From positions 992,001-1,056,000 of the forward strand of contig OZ025792.1 in the NCBI GenBank assembly GCA_964019425.1: a stretch of 64,000 bases of DNA. Reading direction: 5' to 3'. The position numbers and the translations under genes were made by a program. Below are positions 21,234 through 31,877 of this stretch, in pieces (the stretch's first letter is position 1; every line of letters begins with the position of its first letter). The notes beneath the pieces were generated by a model. The model worked only from the letters and a program-made list of their open reading frames with translations, ran no database searches and had not been told where the DNA came from. This DNA comes from Flectonema sp. DT1601 (lineage: Eukaryota).

Positions 21234-23573
21234 CTACGGAGCAGTCGAAACTTCTCCACGGAGAACCTTGGCAGCGCCAACCATGTTTTTCAAACTCGGG
21301 ACAACCTCTTCCCATTTTCTGGTCTTCAAACCGCAATCCGGGTTCACCCAGATACGATCCAGCGGCAGTCCACTCTGAGCCAACTTCCTCACCTGGTCAA
21401 CCAGCTGCTCCTTCGTAGGGATCACCGGTGAGTGGATGTCGTACACACCAGGTCCGATATCGCGGTTGTATCCGAACCCTGACAGGGCATCGAGCATCTC
21501 GTTCCCGCTGCGCGAGTTCTCAATCGTCAGCACGTCGGCATCCATGTCGTCAATTTTGTCGATGATGTCCTCGAAAGTCGAATAGCACATGTGAGTTACA
21601 ATCTGCGTACTCGGCTTCGCAACCGCCGTCGAAAGTCGGAACGCTTTCACCGCCCACGACATGTACTCCCCCGCTTCCTCGTCCTTCAGGGGCATCCTCT
21701 CACGGAGCGCCGCCTCGTCCACCTGAACCACCCGACATCCAGCAGCCTCGAGGTCCGCCACCTCCTCCCGAATCGCCAGGGCCACCTCCAACGCCTGCTT
21801 CCATCGGGGAGTGTCCACCCGACAGAACGACCAGTTCAGAATCGTCACCGGACCCGTCAGCATCCCCTTCACCGGTTTGTCGCCGCTGGCTGCCTGCGCT
21901 ACCTTGAATTCCCTCACCGTCATCGCTTCCCGACGAGACACCGTCCCGCAGATGATCGGAGGCCGCACGTAACGAGATCCATAGGACTGCACCCATCCGT
22001 GGTTCGTGAAAGCGAATCCCTCAAGTCGCTGCCCAAAGTGCTCAACCATGTCGCTTCTTTCCGGTTCGCCGTGCACCAACACGTCCAGCCCGATCTCATT
22101 TTGGATTTCGATGTTCTTCTTCAGCTCCGCATCGATAACTGTCCGGTACGCCTCCTCACTCAGCTTCTTCTGCTTCCACGCCAGACGGCTTCGCCTCAGC
22201 TCCGGGGTTTGCGGGAACGATCCGATCGTCGTGGTCGGAAACAGAGGCATCGCCACCTGCTTCTCCCTCCTCGCTCCGAATTCCTCTGAACGCGAGAACA
22301 TCTCCGCCGTCACCGTCACGTCTCCCACCTTCGTCGTCTTCGAAATATCATCCGCACCGGAAGCGTTGTCCTCTCCAACCCATTCGTAACGGCCATCCTC
22401 TTCGTCATTCGAAGAAGAAGAAGAAGAAGAAGAAGAAGAAGAAGAAGAAGAAGAAGAAGAAGCAGCGAGGGACACCAACACATCCAACTTCTGAACAGCA
22501 AAAGCGAGCTTCTCCCGAACGTTTCCAGGAAGATCCTTCTCGAGCGACAGGTCGTACGGAATGAACTGAAGAGAACACGAAGGAGACACCACAACACTAT
22601 CGTCGCCAACCACTATCTTCCTGATGCGTTTCAGTAATTTCGCCGCGCTCTCAGAGCTCCTCCAAACATTGCGCCCGTCCACGATCCCCGCACCCAACTG
22701 CTTCCCCGACGAAGTCGGGAACCCCTCCTTCTCGAGAATGCTCAGCATCGAGGAACCCCTACAGAAGTCGAGCGTCAACCTCTCAACCTCGAGGTTCTTG
22801 ATGTACTTGTAAACCTCAACGTGTAACGAGTCAAAGTGAATGCAAAGGTTAACCGAAACCCCAGACTTCTGCTTCGTCAGCGCCGACCCCTTTCCGTACA
22901 GATGTTCCGCAACTTCCTTCAGGTTCACCGCCTCCGACTTCACGAACCACGGCTCGTGGAATTGAACTTCTGGAACACCGGCTTCCCTCAGTTCCTTCAG
23001 CAGCTGTTCGTAACACGGCAACACTCTCTTCAGAAGCTCATCGAAAGACAACTCCCCACACCTCTTGCACAGCTTGCAGAGCGTCAACGGACCGACCACA
23101 ATCGGAACTGCCTTCCCCTTCCCGACCGTCTGCTGCGCCAGTTCCACCATTCCCATGAACCCCTTGAAGTTTCCAACTGGGGATACATCCGCTGGAACCT
23201 CAGGTACCATGTAGTGGTAGTTCGAGTCGAAGTACTTCGTCATGTCGAGAGCAGGAATCCCGTCCCTTCCCCTCGCTTGCGTGAAGTACGCGTCCAACCC
23301 GCTCAGTCCGGCGGCCTTCACGCGGGAGCACGTCAGACCGAACCGTTCAGACCAATCCAGAATGTGATCGTACAGCGTGTGGTCCCCAACTCCGATCAAG
23401 TCCACTCCCCTCGACAGCTGTTCCTCGTAACTCTTCACTGCAATCGAATTACTCGTTGACACGAGTTCCTCAGCGCTGATTCCACCGTTCCAGTACTTCT
23501 CGAGGGCAGTTTTCATTTCTCTCTTCGGACCCGTGCGGGGAAACCCCAAGGTGCTGGTCTTCACAACGGTCAT
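21234..23573 (-). CDS. metE: Cobalamin-independent methionine synthase, copy 1 (779 aa)
   Basis: LGFPRTG..REMK, MTKYFDSNYHY, PTTTIGSFPQT, LVHGEPERSDMVE, WVQSYGSRYVRPP, KGMLTGPVTIL, Zn ligands THMC, TIE, NPDCGLKTR. Confidence 0.97.
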   Translation of the reverse strand: MTVVKTSTLGFPRTGPKREMKTALEKYWNGGISAEELVSTSNSIAVKSYEEQLSRGVDLIGVGDHTLYDHILDWSERFGLTCSRVKAAGLSGLDAYFTQARGRDGIPALDMTKYFDSNYHYMVPEVPADVSPVGNFKGFMGMVELAQQTVGKGKAVPIVVGPLTLCKLCKRCGELSFDELLKRVLPCYEQLLKELREAGVPEVQFHEPWFVKSEAVNLKEVAEHLYGKGSALTKQKSGVSVNLCIHFDSLHVEVYKYIKNLEVERLTLDFCRGSSMLSILEKEGFPTSSGKQLGAGIVDGRNVWRSSESAAKLLKRIRKIVVGDDSVVVSPSCSLQFIPYDLSLEKDLPGNVREKLAFAVQKLDVLVSLAASSSSSSSSSSSSSSSSSNDEEDGRYEWVGEDNASGADDISKTTKVGDVTVTAEMFSRSEEFGARREKQVAMPLFPTTTIGSFPQTPELRRSRLAWKQKKLSEEAYRTVIDAELKKNIEIQNEIGLDVLVHGEPERSDMVEHFGQRLEGFAFTNHGWVQSYGSRYVRPPIICGTVSRREAMTVREFKVAQAASGDKPVKGMLTGPVTILNWSFCRVDTPRWKQALEVALAIREEVADLEAAGCRVVQVDEAALRERMPLKDEEAGEYMSWAVKAFRLSTAVAKPSTQIVTHMCYSTFEDIIDKIDDMDADVLTIENSRSGNEMLDALSGFGYNRDIGPGVYDIHSPVIPTKEQLVDQVRKLAQSGLPLDRIWVNPDCGLKTRKWEEVVPSLKNMVGAAKVLRGEVSTAP

Positions 23574-24239
23574 AGTTGGTTGTTGTTGTTGTTGTTGTTG
23601 TTTTTTTTTAAGATGAGAACTTTTGGTGGAGAAAATAATCGTAATAAATAGGGGGACTACTTGATTGACCAACATGTTTGCATAACATAAATACGAAGCC
23701 TATTATATTTTGTTAATTCGGCAGTAATCCACCAAACCAGAAATATAACATCAGTAAATAAATAATAATAAAAAAGAGAGGAATAAGAGCGGTTGTTGTT
23801 TGGAGTCTTTTTTTTTTTGGGGAGAGGAAATATAGCTCCTTGCCCCAGTGTATAATTGACAAGAAAATGAATTCTTCATGAATAACATTTCCCTTTTTTG
23901 CAAACAAAAAAAGCAATGACGGGGGGGGGTCATCTCTTTACCGAGACAGAGCTCCGCGGCGGGGGCCCTTTTTAACTCGTGTGATATTTATAAGAAGCAA
24001 CTTCATTGAATTCGCAAAAGATCCCAGCAGTTCCGATCTTTGTATCCCGGTAAATCCACCGCTGGGGTCCTTTTTTTAATCGAAAGAATTCAAAGAATTG
24101 ATATAAAAAAATGCAAGAAAAGCAATGCCAAGATTGCCAATAGTAATAGTAAGGAGTTAGAACAATGGAATAATAATAATAATAATAAAAAAAGAGAAAC
24201 GGAATTAACTACTTCGAGATTAAGAAAAAAGATACGCAT

Positions 24240-25367
24240 CTACTTTCTCGAAGAGTGGGTGTAGCGTTCCGGAGTGGTGTACCCTTTGGAACCATAGTTT
24301 GGAAGCCACCAGAATTCCTGGGCAGACAACGGGGATAACTCGTACCCGTTTTCGAAACGCTCAACTAAGTCGGGGTTTGCGATGAACGGCCTGCCAAACG
24401 CAATCATGTCGGCAACACCCGACGACACAGCCTCGTCGGCAGACTCTTTCGTGTAGCCACAGTTCCCCATCAACTTCGTCTTGCTTCCCTTCAACATAGC
24501 CTTCGCGTCTTTCAGCGTGTACGGTTCCCCCAGCTCGTGGAATCCAAACGTGAGCCCATCCAACACGCACACGTACCCGATGTTTTTCTCACCAATTGCC
24601 TTGATCGTGTGGTTGAACTGCTCACGGAAGTCAGGAGATCCGACGTCGCCGAACACACCGTTCGGGGAAACTCGGATCCCGACCTGCTCCTTCGGGAACA
24701 CCTCCGACACAGCGTCGATCACCTCCAACACAATCCGGGTGCTGTTTTCAAAAGATCCGCCGTACATGTCGGTACGCTTGTTAACCTTGCTCTGAAAGAA
24801 TTGATCCAAAAGGTACCCGTTTGCACCGTGGAGTTCCACCCCGTCGAATCCCGCCGCCTTGGCCTTTGCGGCAGCGCGTGCGTAGTCCTTCACGGTTTCG
24901 GCGATCTCCTCAATTTCCAACGCCCGCGGTGTTTCGAACGGCTTCGATCCCTTTTGGGTGTGAGCTTTCCTTTCCTTGGCCATCGGAGTTGGCGACGAAC
25001 TGACCGGCGTCTGTCCATGGAAGTCGCTGTGAGTCTGCCTTCCCATGTGCCACAACTGGCAGAATATCTTCCCGCCAGCCTCGTGAACCGAGTCGGTAAC
25101 CTTCTTCCATCCCTCCACCTGGTCATCTGTGTAGATACCCGGCGCGTCTACCCATCCGTCAGCGATGCGCGAAATGAGAGTCCCCTCCGTGATGATGAGC
25201 CCCGCCTTCGCCCTCTGCGTGTAGTACTCGACGTTCAAGTCATTCGGAACCTTACCAACGTTGTTGGTACGGGCCCTCGTTAGTGGGGCCATTACAACTC
25301 TGTTTTTGAATCCCATCTCTCCCACAACGAGCTGCGACAAGACTCCGGTAGTTCTGGTTGACGACAT
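24240..25367 (-). CDS. OYE: Old Yellow Enzyme family ene-reductase, copy 2
   Basis: Translation identical to copy 1. Confidence 0.95.
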   Translation of the reverse strand: MSSTRTTGVLSQLVVGEMGFKNRVVMAPLTRARTNNVGKVPNDLNVEYYTQRAKAGLIITEGTLISRIADGWVDAPGIYTDDQVEGWKKVTDSVHEAGGKIFCQLWHMGRQTHSDFHGQTPVSSSPTPMAKERKAHTQKGSKPFETPRALEIEEIAETVKDYARAAAKAKAAGFDGVELHGANGYLLDQFFQSKVNKRTDMYGGSFENSTRIVLEVIDAVSEVFPKEQVGIRVSPNGVFGDVGSPDFREQFNHTIKAIGEKNIGYVCVLDGLTFGFHELGEPYTLKDAKAMLKGSKTKLMGNCGYTKESADEAVSSGVADMIAFGRPFIANPDLVERFENGYELSPLSAQEFWWLPNYGSKGYTTPERYTHSSRK

Positions 25368-26778
25368 CTTAATCGGTTGTTGTTTTTGGTTTCGGAAAGT
25401 CGAACTGTTGAGGAAGAAATTAGAGGATGCTGAAAAAAGAACAACACACGACACACACATAAGACATACATTTCTTGTTAACCAGGGTCTGTTATTTCAC
25501 CACCCCCCTCCCCCCCTGTCTAATTTAGATAGTATAACTTACTTGATAACTTATATTAAGGCTCAGTTGAATTTAAGAATCCAAGGCTTGAAAATAAACA
25601 TTAACCGAAGTGACAAGAGTAGCAGTCACGTCTTTTAATTAATTAATTAATTCATAAATCAAAAGGGAGGCAGAGTTGGAAAAAGGAAAAAGAAAACAAG
25701 GAAATCATGTGTGAATCCCGCAAACAATAATTCCGAAATAGAGGAAACGTCGTTCAGCAGGAGTTTACGTTTTAGTCATCCGACAACATGGCTGTGGAAG
25801 TATTTCATAGATGCACGCCGTCATCAGTGCCGAATGATAAGAAAGCAAAATCAATAAAATAAAATAAATAAAAAAGAATCAATAAAAGTATTCACTATTC
25901 TGGTCAGGTGGTAGCGGTGGTGCCGCTGCACATCTTTTTTCTTTTCTTTTGTGAAAACATGTACCTCCTCCTCCTTCTTTTTCAATAATGAAGAGGAGTT
26001 GACATATAATTACGACGTTTTTTTTTTCTTTTTTTTTTTTCTCCAATGCTTTTCAATTCAACCCTCATTTTTGTTCGCAGATTTTGCAGATGAAAAATGA
26101 GCATAGACACAAGTGGTATCCTCCTTGGTCTTGGGAGTTCTTGAAATCTGTTCAGCTCAACAATCAAACACAAAAAAGAAAAACAAGAGGGTCAAATCAT
26201 CATGAAAAAAAAAAAGTTTCTTATTTTATTCACTTACTCAATTCACATACCACTATAGTCTCCTTGGTCAATGGAGACGTAGTAATGGTTGGTTGGTTTT
26301 GCATGACTTCACCACCAAAGCTCTTCTTTGGTTAAGAATTACTGGTGGTTGGTTAAACAGAGTTAGAGAGGAAAAGGGGGGGGGGAGAGCGGAAGGTGAT
26401 TAAAAAAAAAGGGATGAAAAAAAGGAAAAGAAACACGACAAGCAACGAAGCTTGTTCTCGTCATAGCTCAAGACAAGATATATAAAGGAAAGTCGCGTTT
26501 TCGTTTTGATTTGTTTTCAGAAAGCGTACACAACTCAGAAGGCAATCCAGCCCATCCGCAATGGAACGTTACTTTTGGTGGTGTCGGATCCAAACAAAAA
26601 GAGTAGTAGTATTTCTCATGATATTAAATATAGGAAATAAAAAAGAGACGAAGTCATCACACAGGATGGAACAAAAGTTAATTCCTCTTCGACGAAAAGC
26701 AAAGAATAATAACGGCTTGTCACTGTCATTCACACAACAACAACTTCACACGCACACGTCCTTTTTTTTTTCTTTCAT

Positions 26779-29112
26779 CTACGGAGCAGTCGAAACTTCT
26801 CCACGGAGAACCTTGGCAGCGCCAACCATGTTTTTCAAACTCGGGACAACCTCTTCCCATTTTCTGGTCTTCAAACCGCAATCCGGGTTCACCCAGATAC
26901 GATCCAGCGGCAGTCCACTCTGAGCCAACTTCCTCACCTGGTCAACCAGCTGCTCCTTCGTAGGGATCACCGGTGAGTGGATGTCGTACACACCAGGTCC
27001 GATATCGCGGTTGTATCCGAACCCTGACAGGGCATCGAGCATCTCGTTCCCGCTGCGCGAGTTCTCAATCGTCAGCACGTCGGCATCCATGTCGTCAATT
27101 TTGTCGATGATGTCCTCGAAAGTCGAATAGCACATGTGAGTTACAATCTGCGTACTCGGCTTCGCAACCGCCGTCGAAAGTCGGAACGCTTTCACCGCCC
27201 ACGACATGTACTCCCCCGCTTCCTCGTCCTTCAGGGGCATCCTCTCACGGAGCGCCGCCTCGTCCACCTGAACCACCCGACATCCAGCAGCCTCGAGGTC
27301 CGCCACCTCCTCCCGAATCGCCAGGGCCACCTCCAACGCCTGCTTCCATCGGGGAGTGTCCACCCGACAGAACGACCAGTTCAGAATCGTCACCGGACCC
27401 GTCAGCATCCCCTTCACCGGTTTGTCGCCGCTGGCTGCCTGCGCTACCTTGAATTCCCTCACCGTCATCGCTTCCCGACGAGACACCGTCCCGCAGATGA
27501 TCGGAGGCCGCACGTAACGAGATCCATAGGACTGCACCCATCCGTGGTTCGTGAAAGCGAATCCCTCAAGTCGCTGCCCAAAGTGCTCAACCATGTCGCT
27601 TCTTTCCGGTTCGCCGTGCACCAACACGTCCAGCCCGATCTCATTTTGGATTTCGATGTTCTTCTTCAGCTCCGCATCGATAACTGTCCGGTACGCCTCC
27701 TCACTCAGCTTCTTCTGCTTCCACGCCAGACGGCTTCGCCTCAGCTCCGGGGTTTGCGGGAACGATCCGATCGTCGTGGTCGGAAACAGAGGCATCGCCA
27801 CCTGCTTCTCCCTCCTCGCTCCGAATTCCTCTGAACGCGAGAACATCTCCGCCGTCACCGTCACGTCTCCCACCTTCGTCGTCTTCGAAATATCATCCGC
27901 ACCGGAAGCGTTGTCCTCTCCAACCCATTCGTAACGGCCATCCTCTTCGTCATTCGAAGAAGAAGAAGAAGAAGAAGAAGAAGAAGAAGAAGAAGAAGAA
28001 GCAGCGAGGGACACCAACACATCCAACTTCTGAACAGCAAAAGCGAGCTTCTCCCGAACGTTTCCAGGAAGATCCTTCTCGAGCGACAGGTCGTACGGAA
28101 TGAACTGAAGAGAACACGAAGGAGACACCACAACACTATCGTCGCCAACCACTATCTTCCTGATGCGTTTCAGTAATTTCGCCGCGCTCTCAGAGCTCCT
28201 CCAAACATTGCGCCCGTCCACGATCCCCGCACCCAACTGCTTCCCCGACGAAGTCGGGAACCCCTCCTTCTCGAGAATGCTCAGCATCGAGGAACCCCTA
28301 CAGAAGTCGAGCGTCAACCTCTCAACCTCGAGGTTCTTGATGTACTTGTAAACCTCAACGTGTAACGAGTCAAAGTGAATGCAAAGGTTAACCGAAACCC
28401 CAGACTTCTGCTTCGTCAGCGCCGACCCCTTTCCGTACAGATGTTCCGCAACTTCCTTCAGGTTCACCGCCTCCGACTTCACGAACCACGGCTCGTGGAA
28501 TTGAACTTCTGGAACACCGGCTTCCCTCAGTTCCTTCAGCAGCTGTTCGTAACACGGCAACACTCTCTTCAGAAGCTCATCGAAAGACAACTCCCCACAC
28601 CTCTTGCACAGCTTGCAGAGCGTCAACGGACCGACCACAATCGGAACTGCCTTCCCCTTCCCGACCGTCTGCTGCGCCAGTTCCACCATTCCCATGAACC
28701 CCTTGAAGTTTCCAACTGGGGATACATCCGCTGGAACCTCAGGTACCATGTAGTGGTAGTTCGAGTCGAAGTACTTCGTCATGTCGAGAGCAGGAATCCC
28801 GTCCCTTCCCCTCGCTTGCGTGAAGTACGCGTCCAACCCGCTCAGTCCGGCGGCCTTCACGCGGGAGCACGTCAGACCGAACCGTTCAGACCAATCCAGA
28901 ATGTGATCGTACAGCGTGTGGTCCCCAACTCCGATCAAGTCCACTCCCCTCGACAGCTGTTCCTCGTAACTCTTCACTGCAATCGAATTACTCGTTGACA
29001 CGAGTTCCTCAGCGCTGATTCCACCGTTCCAGTACTTCTCGAGGGCAGTTTTCATTTCTCTCTTCGGACCCGTGCGGGGAAACCCCAAGGTGCTGGTCTT
29101 CACAACGGTCAT
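26779..29112 (-). CDS. metE: Cobalamin-independent methionine synthase, copy 2 (777 aa)
   Basis: Identical to copy 1 except two fewer Ser in the poly-Ser linker. Confidence 0.97.
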   Translation of the reverse strand: MTVVKTSTLGFPRTGPKREMKTALEKYWNGGISAEELVSTSNSIAVKSYEEQLSRGVDLIGVGDHTLYDHILDWSERFGLTCSRVKAAGLSGLDAYFTQARGRDGIPALDMTKYFDSNYHYMVPEVPADVSPVGNFKGFMGMVELAQQTVGKGKAVPIVVGPLTLCKLCKRCGELSFDELLKRVLPCYEQLLKELREAGVPEVQFHEPWFVKSEAVNLKEVAEHLYGKGSALTKQKSGVSVNLCIHFDSLHVEVYKYIKNLEVERLTLDFCRGSSMLSILEKEGFPTSSGKQLGAGIVDGRNVWRSSESAAKLLKRIRKIVVGDDSVVVSPSCSLQFIPYDLSLEKDLPGNVREKLAFAVQKLDVLVSLAASSSSSSSSSSSSSSSNDEEDGRYEWVGEDNASGADDISKTTKVGDVTVTAEMFSRSEEFGARREKQVAMPLFPTTTIGSFPQTPELRRSRLAWKQKKLSEEAYRTVIDAELKKNIEIQNEIGLDVLVHGEPERSDMVEHFGQRLEGFAFTNHGWVQSYGSRYVRPPIICGTVSRREAMTVREFKVAQAASGDKPVKGMLTGPVTILNWSFCRVDTPRWKQALEVALAIREEVADLEAAGCRVVQVDEAALRERMPLKDEEAGEYMSWAVKAFRLSTAVAKPSTQIVTHMCYSTFEDIIDKIDDMDADVLTIENSRSGNEMLDALSGFGYNRDIGPGVYDIHSPVIPTKEQLVDQVRKLAQSGLPLDRIWVNPDCGLKTRKWEEVVPSLKNMVGAAKVLRGEVSTAP

Positions 29113-29778
29113 AGTTGGTTGTTGTTGTTGTTGTTGTTGTTTTTTTTTAAGATGAGAACTTTTGGTGGAGAAAATAATCGTAATAAATAGGGGGACTACT
29201 TGATTGACCAACATGTTTGCATAACATAAATACGAAGCCTATTATATTTTGTTAATTCGGCAGTAATCCACCAAACCAGAAATATAACATCAGTAAATAA
29301 ATAATAATAAAAAAGAGAGGAATAAGAGCGGTTGTTGTTTGGAGTCTTTTTTTTTTTGGGGAGAGGAAATATAGCTCCTTGCCCCAGTGTATAATTGACA
29401 AGAAAATGAATTCTTCATGAATAACATTTCCCTTTTTTGCAAACAAAAAAAGCAATGACGGGGGGGGGTCATCTCTTTACCGAGACAGAGCTCCGCGGCG
29501 GGGGCCCTTTTTAACTCGTGTGATATTTATAAGAAGCAACTTCATTGAATTCGCAAAAGATCCCAGCAGTTCCGATCTTTGTATCCCGGTAAATCCACCG
29601 CTGGGGTCCTTTTTTTAATCGAAAGAATTCAAAGAATTGATATAAAAAAATGCAAGAAAAGCAATGCCAAGATTGCCAATAGTAATAGTAAGGAGTTAGA
29701 ACAATGGAATAATAATAATAATAATAAAAAAAGAGAAACGGAATTAACTACTTCGAGATTAAGAAAAAAGATACGCAT

Positions 29779-30906
29779 CTACTTTCTCGAAGAGTGGGTG
29801 TAGCGTTCCGGAGTGGTGTACCCTTTGGAACCATAGTTTGGAAGCCACCAGAATTCCTGGGCAGACAACGGGGATAACTCGTACCCGTTTTCGAAACGCT
29901 CAACTAAGTCGGGGTTTGCGATGAACGGCCTGCCAAACGCAATCATGTCGGCAACACCCGACGACACAGCCTCGTCGGCAGACTCTTTCGTGTAGCCACA
30001 GTTCCCCATCAACTTCGTCTTGCTTCCCTTCAACATAGCCTTCGCGTCTTTCAGCGTGTACGGTTCCCCCAGCTCGTGGAATCCAAACGTGAGCCCATCC
30101 AACACGCACACGTACCCGATGTTTTTCTCACCAATTGCCTTGATCGTGTGGTTGAACTGCTCACGGAAGTCAGGAGATCCGACGTCGCCGAACACACCGT
30201 TCGGGGAAACTCGGATCCCGACCTGCTCCTTCGGGAACACCTCCGACACAGCGTCGATCACCTCCAACACAATCCGGGTGCTGTTTTCAAAAGATCCGCC
30301 GTACATGTCGGTACGCTTGTTAACCTTGCTCTGAAAGAATTGATCCAAAAGGTACCCGTTTGCACCGTGGAGTTCCACCCCGTCGAATCCCGCCGCCTTG
30401 GCCTTTGCGGCAGCGCGTGCGTAGTCCTTCACGGTTTCGGCGATCTCCTCAATTTCCAACGCCCGCGGTGTTTCGAACGGCTTCGATCCCTTTTGGGTGT
30501 GAGCTTTCCTTTCCTTGGCCATCGGAGTTGGCGACGAACTGACCGGCGTCTGTCCATGGAAGTCGCTGTGAGTCTGCCTTCCCATGTGCCACAACTGGCA
30601 GAATATCTTCCCGCCAGCCTCGTGAACCGAGTCGGTAACCTTCTTCCATCCCTCCACCTGGTCATCTGTGTAGATACCCGGCGCGTCTACCCATCCGTCA
30701 GCGATGCGCGAAATGAGAGTCCCCTCCGTGATGATGAGCCCCGCCTTCGCCCTCTGCGTGTAGTACTCGACGTTCAAGTCATTCGGAACCTTACCAACGT
30801 TGTTGGTACGGGCCCTCGTTAGTGGGGCCATTACAACTCTGTTTTTGAATCCCATCTCTCCCACAACGAGCTGCGACAAGACTCCAGTAGTTCTGGTTGA
30901 CGACAT
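29779..30906 (-). CDS. OYE: Old Yellow Enzyme family ene-reductase, copy 3
   Basis: Same protein; synonymous SNP at 30886 and a diverged 5' leader. Confidence 0.95.
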   Translation of the reverse strand: MSSTRTTGVLSQLVVGEMGFKNRVVMAPLTRARTNNVGKVPNDLNVEYYTQRAKAGLIITEGTLISRIADGWVDAPGIYTDDQVEGWKKVTDSVHEAGGKIFCQLWHMGRQTHSDFHGQTPVSSSPTPMAKERKAHTQKGSKPFETPRALEIEEIAETVKDYARAAAKAKAAGFDGVELHGANGYLLDQFFQSKVNKRTDMYGGSFENSTRIVLEVIDAVSEVFPKEQVGIRVSPNGVFGDVGSPDFREQFNHTIKAIGEKNIGYVCVLDGLTFGFHELGEPYTLKDAKAMLKGSKTKLMGNCGYTKESADEAVSSGVADMIAFGRPFIANPDLVERFENGYELSPLSAQEFWWLPNYGSKGYTTPERYTHSSRK

Positions 30907-31877
30907 CTTAATCGGTTGTTGTTTTTGGTTTCGGAAAGTCGAACTGTTGAGGAAGAAGTTAATCCTTTCTGAGGATGATGCTGAAAAGGAACAACACACG
31001 ACACACAACACACACACACCACTTAAACAAGACAGACAGAAGGTACACTAATTCATCCATCGGTCTAATAAACATCCTGTGATAAGATGAAATATAAAAA
31101 CAAGAAACCTCAGATGTCCTAAAACAGTAGAAATACTTAAAGCTCCAATGTTTCTGGCGATAGAAATTTGTGAAAATTATTAAGCTTTTTGGAATATGGA
31201 ACTGTGAGAAAGAAAATAAATCAACTTCTTCAACTTTCCACACACTTGTCACAAATTCAATTCGCCTTATCGAGCTCAGAGAAGATCATTTTTATTAAGA
31301 TTGCTGCCATTAACACAAAAAAAAAAACATAAAATTACAGGTTTTGAGTTTTTGTACTAAAAAACAAATAATCCAAAGCAAACCAACTTCTTATGCTATT
31401 CAACAACAAAAATAAATAAACAATTTACGTTATAACAGTCACTAAGGACAGTAATTGAATTGTCATTCCAAAGAATACAATTCCATTGTAAACGCGACCA
31501 GTAAAGGTTGCAGAGTAAAGCTGAAGACAATTAACAATCACAATAATATCATTTTCTGATGGAACAGAAATAATACAATAAGACATTCATATGAAGTGCT
31601 GTATCCACATGATATGTCTTTAATATTTACTCTGGATGTTCTCTACGTTTAATCCTGCACAGACTTTTGACCGAAACAAATGTACAACATAATAATAAAT
31701 AGTATTTTTCTTTTTTTTTTCTTTCTTTCTTCCTTTTATTTCTTTTGTGGCTCAGAGAAAAAATGAAATTGCAGCGGGTTTCTCAGGATTAAGTGGAAAA
31801 AAGCAAGTCTATTTCTCCATCAAGTAAGTGCAAAAAAAAATGACACAAATAATATTTTTTCAACAAACGATGACGTG

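Larger units (their letters stand above)
17988..30957. repeat. Tandem amplification of a ~5.54-kb OYE+metE cassette (units start at 17988, 23530, 29069; about 2.3 copies)
   Basis: Units near-identical including spacers; differences I saw are (GTT)n and (GAA)n copy number and one SNP at 30886. Confidence 0.95.

Noticed and set aside
23574..23675. N-terminal extension of MetE (MLVNQ...QQQQ), and similar extensions of OYE
   Set aside because: Extensions cross poly-A and (CAA)n leader sequence; MetE homology starts at MTVVKT and the OYE start was placed at MSSTR
18936..30822. Many overlapping 60-250 aa ORFs within OYE and metE
   Set aside because: Shadow frames produced by GC-rich codon usage of the real genes
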